Shown here: one piece after another, positions 25,392-32,000 of the stretch
Layout of the letters: every line of letters starts with the position of its first letter
Position numbering within the stretch: position 1 is the stretch's first letter
Assembly: GCF_000354175.2 (NCBI RefSeq)
Contig: NC_022349.1
Coordinates: 1,050,001-1,082,000 of the forward strand
DNA length: 32,000 nt
Direction: 5' to 3'
DNA from: Vibrio alginolyticus NBRC 15630 = ATCC 17749
GTDB taxonomy: Bacteria > Pseudomonadota > Gammaproteobacteria > Enterobacterales > Vibrionaceae
Notes under the pieces: model-generated
Told to the model about the DNA's origin: nothing
Databases searched by the model: none
The model's input: only the letters and a program-made list of their open reading frames with translations
Position numbers and translations under genes: made by a program

Positions 25392-25405
25392 TTGATCTAA
25401 AACAA
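25392..25405. promoter_or_regulatory. FNR-type box, TTGATCTAAAACAA
   Basis: Matches 9 of 10 positions of TTGAT-N4-ATCAA. It lies 130 bp upstream of the nrfA start. nrfA promoters are FNR-dependent in E. coli. Confidence 0.55.
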
Positions 25406-25528
25406 GACAAGATTCACTCACTATTTCATCTATCCAATTAAGCAATATTATTAATCGTAGATCTCCAGTTCTTATTTGGAATAGCTCCTCACAACGCTGC
25501 TAATAAAAACGAATATGGAGATAACACT

Positions 25529-26956
25529 GTGAGCATAAAACACTGGATGAGCGCACCTATTGCGGTTGCGACCTTATTCGCCAGCCAATTATTTTTGGTT
25601 GACGCTCCGTTAGCGGCAGAAGAGAAGGATTTTATCGATCCTCGTAACGATGTCTTTGAACAGAACCACCCTGATCAATACCATTCTTGGAAAGCAACAT
25701 CCGAAAGTGAGCACATTGAAGATGCTCTAAGTGAAGACCCAAACATGGTTATCCTGTGGGCAGGTTATGGCTTCGCGAAAGACTACAACAAAGCGCGCGG
25801 TCACTTTTACGCAATTGATGATGTTCGTCAAACCTTACGTACCGGCGCACCGACTGATGAAAAATCCGGCCCTATGCCGATGGCGTGCTGGAGCTGTAAA
25901 AGCCCAGACGTTGCTCGCGTGATTGATGAACGTGGTGAAGACGGTTATTTCGAAGGTAAATGGGCACGCTTAGGCTCAGAAATCGTCAACCCTATCGGTT
26001 GTTCCGATTGCCACAACACAGGCTCTGAAGCCTTCAAGAAAGGCGAACCTGCGCTAGCACTGACTCGCCCATACGTCGAGCGTGCTTTTGATACTATTGG
26101 TAAAAACTTTGATGAACAGTCTCGCCTAGATAAGCAAGCATCGGTCTGCGCTCAATGTCACGTTGAATACTACTTCACCGGCCCAACTAAAGCGGTTAAA
26201 TTCCCATGGGATATGGGCACCACCGTTAATGACATGGAGAAATACTACGACGCGTTGAATTTCAAAGATTGGACGCATGCCGTATCTAAAGCGCCGATGC
26301 TAAAAGCGCAACATCCAGGTTTCGAAACTTGGAGAGCGGGTATTCATGGTAAAAATAAAGTGGTGTGTGTGGACTGCCACATGCCTAAAGTGACCAAAGA
26401 AGACGGTACGGTGTACACAGACCACAAAGTGGGTAACCCATTTGATCGTTTTGAAGACACCTGTGCGCAATGCCATACCCAAACTAAAGAGCAGCTACAA
26501 GGCATCGTTTCGACTCGCAAAGCGCAAGTACTGAACATGAAGCTAACCGCCGAGAAGCAAATCGTAGCGGCACACTTTGAAGCAGGCGCAGCGTGGAAAG
26601 CAGGTGCTACAGAAGCAGAGATGGAGCCTATCCTACAAGATATTCGCCACGCACAATGGCGTTGGGACTACGCGATTGCTTCTCACGGTGTTCACATGCA
26701 TGCCCCTGAGGTAGCACTTGAAGTACTAGGTACTGCAGTTGATCGCGCCGCTGACGCCCGTACCAAGTTGGTTCGTTTACTGGCCACCAAAGGCATTACT
26801 GACCCTGTTCAAATTCCAGATATCTCGACCAAAGCCAAAGCACAACAAGCATTGGGCATGGATATGGATAAGATGAACGCAGACAAGAAACACTTCCTAG
26901 AAACAGTAGCGCCAGAGTGGGATAAAGCAGCAGCTGAACGCGAAGCCACGTATTAG
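25529..26956 (+). CDS. nrfA: Cytochrome c-552 nitrite reductase (ammonia-forming), pentaheme NrfA
   Basis: 475 aa, near-colinear with E. coli NrfA. It has the diagnostic CWSCK lysine-ligated heme motif plus four CXXCH motifs (CSDCH, CAQCH, CVDCH, CAQCH). GTG start with SD GGAG 8 nt upstream, and a signal peptide. Confidence 0.95.
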   Translation: MSIKHWMSAPIAVATLFASQLFLVDAPLAAEEKDFIDPRNDVFEQNHPDQYHSWKATSESEHIEDALSEDPNMVILWAGYGFAKDYNKARGHFYAIDDVRQTLRTGAPTDEKSGPMPMACWSCKSPDVARVIDERGEDGYFEGKWARLGSEIVNPIGCSDCHNTGSEAFKKGEPALALTRPYVERAFDTIGKNFDEQSRLDKQASVCAQCHVEYYFTGPTKAVKFPWDMGTTVNDMEKYYDALNFKDWTHAVSKAPMLKAQHPGFETWRAGIHGKNKVVCVDCHMPKVTKEDGTVYTDHKVGNPFDRFEDTCAQCHTQTKEQLQGIVSTRKAQVLNMKLTAEKQIVAAHFEAGAAWKAGATEAEMEPILQDIRHAQWRWDYAIASHGVHMHAPEVALEVLGTAVDRAADARTKLVRLLATKGITDPVQIPDISTKAKAQQALGMDMDKMNADKKHFLETVAPEWDKAAAEREATY

Positions 26957-26989
26957 TCTAACAAGCAGAGGTAAACCTATAGATACAAC

Positions 26990-27016
26990 AAGGGGCGTAC
27001 TGAACGCCCCTTTTCT
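26990..27016 (+). terminator. Rho-independent terminator of nrfA
   Basis: AGGGGCGT (26991-26998), loop ACTGA, ACGCCCCT (27004-27011), followed by TTTTCTTTATTTC. Confidence 0.85.
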
Positions 27017-27082
27017 TTATTTCTTTCTTTGTTATCTTTATCTCTTCACCCTCGATTCTTTCGAGAGTAAAAATCGAATGTA

Positions 27083-27637
27083 CTAACGACGAGGAAGCCT
27101 CGGTCTAGGTTGAATATTTGGACGTGCTTTAGGCATCTGCACATTTGGACGAGCAACTGGGCGCTGGATCTTCGTTTCCGGTAATGCTTTTCTTTGTTGA
27201 ACCTTTTCTTTTACCGCTTTGCCTTGTAAAGCCGCTGGCTCAATACGCTCCGGACGATTCTCCCATTTGGTTTGAATCTCTTGTTTTTGCTCGTCAGGCA
27301 ATGATTGCCAATGATCGTCGAGTTGGCGTTTCATGTTATCGATATTGGCGGACATATCATCGTCTTTCCAATCCTCGACTTTGTCTTTGATGGATTGCTG
27401 TTGGTCTTCATCTAAACCATTCCACCACTCTTCCAGTTTCTCTTTGTATTCGTCGTCGTTGTCGCAACAACCCGGATAGTAATAAATCCAGTAGTCGTCA
27501 TGATCGTACCACCACGGATCGTAATAACCTGAAGAATAATAAACCGAAGAGGAAGAACCAGAATGATCGGAAGAGCTACAACCCGCCAATACAGAGCCGC
27601 ACAGCAAAACCAATATGCTTAGTGCCTTATTTTTCAT
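27083..27637 (-). CDS. Lipoprotein of unknown function, Trp/Tyr/Asp-rich, with two LxxxQ repeats and a basic Pro/Arg C-terminal tail
   Basis: 184 aa with lipobox VLAGC (Cys20). The mature part begins with a Ser-rich linker, followed by YYDPWWYDHDDYWIYYYPGCCDNDDEY. An internal repeat follows (WWNGLDEDQQQSIKDK and HWQSLPDEQKQEIQTK), and the tail is RPVARPNVQMPKARPNIQPRPRLPRR. SD AAAGGTGGG. It starts 42 bp downstream of nrfG on the same strand. Confidence 0.7.
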   Translation of the reverse strand: MKNKALSILVLLCGSVLAGCSSSDHSGSSSSVYYSSGYYDPWWYDHDDYWIYYYPGCCDNDDEYKEKLEEWWNGLDEDQQQSIKDKVEDWKDDDMSANIDNMKRQLDDHWQSLPDEQKQEIQTKWENRPERIEPAALQGKAVKEKVQQRKALPETKIQRPVARPNVQMPKARPNIQPRPRLPRR

Positions 27638-27679
27638 TCGTTGCCCACCTTTCCCTCTACTGCTTATTAAATTGTACGC

Positions 27680-28303
27680 TTACAACAGCTCTTTTGCTTT
27701 GTTGATAGAGTTAATGATTTGCACTCTATCTAAATTTGGATCATTAGAATCTAATAATAGTACCCAGGCATCAATCGCTTCCTGAAATCGGAATGACAGA
27801 AAATGATCATTTGCGATCAAAGACAAAGCGGCTTCATTGTGCGGTTCTATCTGCAAAGCTTGCTCCAAAAGCAAGCTAACTTCTTGCGTCATTGATTGCT
27901 GGTGAATGTAGTACAAGGTCGTCGCTTTTGCGGCAAGTTGCGTGGCACTGACTGGCTCAGTCAGTTGGATCGCGTAATCAAAACAAATCAGCGCGCCATC
28001 AAATTCCCCCTCTAGTAGGTAGCCCTGCCCGAGTTGGAACCACAATTCAGCGTTGTTCGGATCTTCACGCAACTGGTCTTGAATCTCTTTCATGATGTCA
28101 CGAGCAGTCATCATTCGTGACATTTCCGCTTGTATTGATTTAGGCGGAGTTTGATGCAGCAATAAGAAACTGGCACTCGTCACGACAAGTACTAACAGGC
28201 AAAAGCCAAACCATTGAGCAGGTTTAACTTTTGATGCACTCAGTGATAAGAGTACGATAAACAGCCCCATCAGAGTGATGGCAGCGAAAAACCAAACAGA
28301 CAT
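27680..28303 (-). CDS. nrfG: NrfG, TPR protein required for attachment of the CXXCK heme of NrfA (CcmI C-terminal-like)
   Basis: Colinear with E. coli NrfG as I recall it (NP.N.E.W..LG.YYL......ALL.Y..A.QL......L.A..AT.LYY...Q.MT.....L...AL..........L.A.D.F....Y..AI..W..L.D.N.P...R.Q...SIN.AK.L). The track ORF starts at 28342. The ATG at 28303 (MSVWFFAAITLMG) has SD AGGA 7 nt upstream. Confidence 0.85.
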   Translation of the reverse strand: MSVWFFAAITLMGLFIVLLSLSASKVKPAQWFGFCLLVLVVTSASFLLLHQTPPKSIQAEMSRMMTARDIMKEIQDQLREDPNNAELWFQLGQGYLLEGEFDGALICFDYAIQLTEPVSATQLAAKATTLYYIHQQSMTQEVSLLLEQALQIEPHNEAALSLIANDHFLSFRFQEAIDAWVLLLDSNDPNLDRVQIINSINKAKELL

Positions 28304-28371
28304 AACACGTCCTGTAAACAAAGATAACGTCAGTGTACGCATTTCTTACTTTAAATGCGTTGATACAGATA

Positions 28372-28404
28372 CAAAAAAGCCGAGCAACTAAGGCTCGGCT
28401 TTTC
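28372..28404 (-). terminator. Rho-independent terminator of gyrA
   Basis: AGCCGAGC (28378-28385), 7-nt loop, GCTCGGCT (28393-28400). On the minus strand the stem is followed by TTTTTTGT. It lies 23 nt after the gyrA stop. Confidence 0.85.
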
Positions 28405-28426
28405 ATATCAGGATAACGATGTAAGA

Positions 28427-31138
28427 TTACTCTTCGTTACCTTCCTCTGCATCATCAGCAGCTGGAGCGTCTTGCTGCGTATTTTCGTCTGTTGACTCTA
28501 ACGCTTCTGCATCTTCATCAGCAGGCAGCTCTTCATCATCAACTTCTTCAATACGTTGCAAACCAACAACTGATTCATCTTCCGCAGTACGGATAAGCGT
28601 TACACCTTGTGTGTTACGACCAACTTGGCTAACTTCACCCACACGAGTACGTACTAACGTGCCAGCGTCGGTGATCATCATCATTTCATCACCTTCAACA
28701 ACCTGGATAGCACCAACTACCGGGCCATTTCGCTCAGAAACTTTGATAGAAACTACACCTTGAGTGCCACGACCTTTTGTCGGGTACTCGCTAAGTGCTG
28801 TACGTTTACCATAACCGTTTTCTGTAACCGTTAGGATGTCGCCTTCGTGCGAAGGAACAATAAGTGATACAACTTGGTCATTTTCAGCCAGTTTCATACC
28901 ACGAACACCAGAGGCGGTACGACCCATAGGACGAACACCTTTAAACTTGATCTCTGGCTGACCATTCTCATCAAGAACTGGTTTACCATTTTCATCAAGT
29001 ACTGGAATCTCTTCTGCTTCTTTAAAGCGAACCACTTTACCCGCTTTAGAGAACAGCATGATTTCGTTTTCGCCGTTTGTGATATCCACACCGATTAACG
29101 AATCGTCTTCACGTAGGTTCACAGCGATTAGGCCGTTTGAACGTACGTTTGCAAACTGGTTCAACGGCGTTTTCTTAACCGTACCGTCACCTGTTGCCAT
29201 GAAGATGAATTTGTCTTCAGAGAATTCATCAACACGCAGAATCGCGGTAATGCGCTCACCTTCTTCTAATGGAAGGATGTTCACAATTGGCTTACCACGC
29301 GCAGTACGGCTCGCTAGAGGCAATTGGTAAACTTTCAGGCGGTATGTCTTACCACGAGTAGAGAAACACAAGATGTTATCGTGGGTATTCGCCACTAGAA
29401 GACGCTCGATATGGTCTTCATCTTTCATCTTAGTCGCACTCTTACCTTTACCACCACGGCGCTGTGACTCGTAGTCGCTCAGTACTTGGTACTTAACGTA
29501 ACCACCGTGAGATAGAGTAACAACAACGTCTTCACGTGCGATCAGCTCTTCCATGTCAATATCATGGCTCGCAGCTGTGATTTCTGTACGACGAGCGTCA
29601 CCAAAGCCGTCACGAACCGCTTCAAGTTCCTCACGGATAACTTCCATCAAACGCTCAGTGCTCGCAAGGATATGCATGAGTTCAGCGATTTCTTCTAGAA
29701 GTGTTTTGTATTCGCCTAGAATCTTCTCGTGTTCTAGACCTGTTAGTTTATGTAAACGTAGATCTAGGATAGCTTGTGCTTGTTGCTCAGTCAGGAAGTA
29801 CTGACCATCACGAATACCGTATTCAGGCTCTAGCCATTCAGGGCGCGCAGCATCTGTACCAGCACGCTCTAGCATTGCTGAAACGTTGCCTAAATCCCAA
29901 CCACGAGCGATAAGACCCGCTTTTGCTTCAGCCGGTGTAGGTGCCTTACGGATAAGCTCAATGATTTCATCAATGTTAGCAAGCGCTAGAGCTAAACCTT
30001 CAAGGATATGAGCACGTTCACGCGCTTTACGCAGTTCGAAGATAGTACGACGTGTCACAACTTCACGACGGTGATCAACGAAGCACTTCAGCATATCTTT
30101 TAGGTTGAATAGCTGTGGCTGGCCATTGTTTAGGGCCACCATGTTGATACCGAAAGTGGTTTGCAGCTGAGTCTGAGCGTAAAGGTTGTTTAGAACTACT
30201 TCGCCCACAGCATCGCGCTTACACTCAATAACAATGCGCATACCGTCTTTATCTGACTCGTCGCGCAGCGCACTGATGCCTTCTACTTTCTTATCTTTAA
30301 CTAGCTCAGCGATCTTTTCGATCAAGCGAGCTTTGTTCACCTGGTAAGGAATTTCAGTGACGATAATGGTCTCTTTACCATTCTTCTCCACTTCGATGTC
30401 CGCTTTCGAACGCATGTAGATTTTGCCACGACCTGTTTTGTACGCGTCTACAATGCCTTTACGACCGCTGATAAGCGCCGCCGTTGGGAAATCAGGACCA
30501 GGAATGTAATCCATTAGTTCATCAATAGTGATTTCTTCATTATTGATGTATGCAAGACAGCCATCAATCACTTCGCCAAGGTTATGAGGCGGGATGTTGG
30601 TTGCCATACCTACTGCGATACCAGAAGCACCGTTAACCAATAGGTTTGGAATTTTAGTTGGAAGAACCGCTGGGATCTGCTCAGTACCGTCGTAGTTTGG
30701 TACGTAGTCTACGGTTTCTTTGTCTAGGTCAGCCAATAGTTCATGGGCAATTTTTGCCATTCGAACTTCGGTGTAACGCATTGCCGCAGCAGAGTCGCCA
30801 TCGATCGAGCCAAAGTTACCTTGACCATCGACCAGCATGTAACGAAGCGAGAACGGCTGAGCCATACGTACGATTGTGTCGTACACAGCACTATCACCGT
30901 GTGGGTGATATTTACCGATTACGTCGCCGACAACACGGGCTGATTTTTTATATGGTTTGTTCCAATCGTTGCCTAGTACGTTCATCGCGAATAAAACGCG
31001 GCGGTGTACTGGTTTTAGGCCATCACGCACATCTGGAAGAGCACGACCCACGATGACTGACATCGCATAGTCTAGGTATGAACCTCTAAGCTCATCTTCA
31101 ATGTTTACGGGCGTGATCTCTTTAGCTAAATCGCTCAT
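28427..31138 (-). CDS. gyrA: DNA gyrase subunit A
   Basis: 903 aa. N-terminus [71 protein letters not shown] has Ser83 and Asp87 (wild type). Acidic C-terminal tail. Divergent from ubiG, as in E. coli. Confidence 0.98.
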   Translation of the reverse strand: MSDLAKEITPVNIEDELRGSYLDYAMSVIVGRALPDVRDGLKPVHRRVLFAMNVLGNDWNKPYKKSARVVGDVIGKYHPHGDSAVYDTIVRMAQPFSLRYMLVDGQGNFGSIDGDSAAAMRYTEVRMAKIAHELLADLDKETVDYVPNYDGTEQIPAVLPTKIPNLLVNGASGIAVGMATNIPPHNLGEVIDGCLAYINNEEITIDELMDYIPGPDFPTAALISGRKGIVDAYKTGRGKIYMRSKADIEVEKNGKETIIVTEIPYQVNKARLIEKIAELVKDKKVEGISALRDESDKDGMRIVIECKRDAVGEVVLNNLYAQTQLQTTFGINMVALNNGQPQLFNLKDMLKCFVDHRREVVTRRTIFELRKARERAHILEGLALALANIDEIIELIRKAPTPAEAKAGLIARGWDLGNVSAMLERAGTDAARPEWLEPEYGIRDGQYFLTEQQAQAILDLRLHKLTGLEHEKILGEYKTLLEEIAELMHILASTERLMEVIREELEAVRDGFGDARRTEITAASHDIDMEELIAREDVVVTLSHGGYVKYQVLSDYESQRRGGKGKSATKMKDEDHIERLLVANTHDNILCFSTRGKTYRLKVYQLPLASRTARGKPIVNILPLEEGERITAILRVDEFSEDKFIFMATGDGTVKKTPLNQFANVRSNGLIAVNLREDDSLIGVDITNGENEIMLFSKAGKVVRFKEAEEIPVLDENGKPVLDENGQPEIKFKGVRPMGRTASGVRGMKLAENDQVVSLIVPSHEGDILTVTENGYGKRTALSEYPTKGRGTQGVVSIKVSERNGPVVGAIQVVEGDEMMMITDAGTLVRTRVGEVSQVGRNTQGVTLIRTAEDESVVGLQRIEEVDDEELPADEDAEALESTDENTQQDAPAADDAEEGNEE

Positions 31139-31613
31139 AGAGCCATTATCCCTCTATTATCTGATCGTAATTACGATACGTGTAAGGTGCAAAAATATAA
31201 CACACAATTCATCACTTCGGCATCACTTTCCCTCTCCTTTTATCAGGTTGTGAGCTTGGTTATGAATCAAATGTCGAGAATTTGCACACTCATCCCATAT
31301 CTTTCTGATTAGTGGTTATATTTCGGTCAATATTGAGCAAAATCGGACCCTTTACGCGGAAAAGCGAGGTAAATTCCTTTAACCACACAACGCGAAAATG
31401 CAGGTTTTAGAGTTATTGTCACTGGCACCAGTTCAAGGATGAAGCAAAAACAATAGTTAGCGCTTTACAAATTACAGGCACCTGTCTCGATTGCCGCGCC
31501 AGTGAACTCTGTCATTGTCCCTTAACTAAGCACATCGAGGTTGTTTGGGTGTAAAACGTTAGAGTATACTGGCGCCCTCTAAAGGACTCAGATTGAATGC
31601 AATAAAACCAATT

Positions 31614-32000
31614 ATGACTAAAGCACAAAACGTCGACCCAAGTGAAATTAAGAAATTCGAGGACATGGCTTCTCGATGGTGGGATTTAGAAGGCGAGTTT
31701 AAGCCGCTTCATCAAATTAACCCACTTCGTTTGAACTATGTACTTGAAAAAGCAAATGGCTTGTTTGGCAAGCGAACACTTGATGTCGGCTGTGGTGGTG
31801 GCATTCTTGCTGAAAGCATGGCAAAAGAAGGCGCTATTGTGACGGGGCTTGATATGGGTAAAGAACCATTAGAAGTCGCGCGACTACATGCATTAGAAAC
31901 AGGCACTCAACTGACCTACATTCAGAGCACAATAGAAGACCACGCTATAGAAAACGCAGGAACTTACGATGTCGTGACTTGTATGGAGATGCTTGAACAC
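31614..32000 (+). CDS. ubiG: Bifunctional ubiquinone biosynthesis O-methyltransferase UbiG, N-terminal 129 codons (continues beyond the window)
   Basis: [43 protein letters not shown]...[26 protein letters not shown]...[12 protein letters not shown] is colinear with E. coli UbiG, including the SAM motif. The frame is open to position 32000. Confidence 0.93.
   Translation, partial: MTKAQNVDPSEIKKFEDMASRWWDLEGEFKPLHQINPLRLNYVLEKANGLFGKRTLDVGCGGGILAESMAKEGAIVTGLDMGKEPLEVARLHALETGTQLTYIQSTIEDHAIENAGTYDVVTCMEMLEH

Noticed and set aside
30878-30892. Quinolone-resistance mutations in the GyrA QRDR
   Set aside because: Codons 83 and 87 read Ser and Asp ([11 protein letters not shown]), the susceptible wild-type state.
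31139-31613. Long gyrA-ubiG intergenic region examined for an sRNA, tRNA or small gene
   Set aside because: I found no hairpin-plus-T-run terminator and no tRNA-like T-arm. Only trivial ORFs are present, for example a 16-codon MNQMSRICTLIPYLSD. Nothing I can support beyond the leader palindrome.
1-32000. Mobile elements, CRISPR arrays, prophage or defence-island signatures
   Set aside because: I saw no transposase, integrase or recombinase-like ORFs, no arrays of direct repeats with spacers, and no tRNA attachment sites. All large ORFs are accounted for by housekeeping or metabolic families.

Overview
This window looks like a Vibrio-type gammaproteobacterial chromosomal core region, judged from GyrA, NrfA and gene order. 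From memory, the order ubiG-gyrA ... ribA-irpA cluster-ldtD/mepK/gloC ... cosR-BCCT parallels V. cholerae chromosome 1; I could not verify this here. Nearly all genes are on the minus strand.

Left to right:
- a partial dCache sensor or chemoreceptor gene;
- a BCCT compatible-solute transporter divergent from a MarR/CosR-like regulator;
- a NarL-type response regulator, an sCache histidine kinase and a TakP-like TRAP transporter (M, Q, P), all co-directional;
- a small Ala/Lys/Val-repeat protein that looks DNA-binding;
- a 2-TM protein of unknown function;
- the gloC-mepK-ldtD triad;
- a four-gene cluster of exported proteins associated with iron (DUF1513, imelysin lipoprotein, di-heme DUF1111, IrpA-like imelysin);
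- a stand-alone ribA behind a near-perfect Zur box;
- a complete but split nrf cytochrome c nitrite reductase locus: nrfF, dsbE-like, nrfE, nrfD, nrfC, nrfB, divergent nrfA, then an odd lipoprotein plus a detached nrfG;
- gyrA with a wild-type QRDR;
- the 5' part of ubiG.

I saw no rRNA, tRNA, CRISPR array, transposase, integrase or recognisable defence genes.

Nothing here looks like a clearly new system. The most under-characterised items are:
1. the imelysin/di-heme/DUF1513 cluster, which follows EfeOB-like logic but has no permease;
2. the sCache-HK/NarL-RR/TakP-TRAP module with TACGTAC 7-2-7 palindromes upstream;
3. a Trp/Tyr/Asp-rich lipoprotein with two LxxxQ motifs that is probably co-transcribed with nrfG;
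4. the Ala/Lys-repeat small protein.

All family assignments come from reading the translations. No database search was run.
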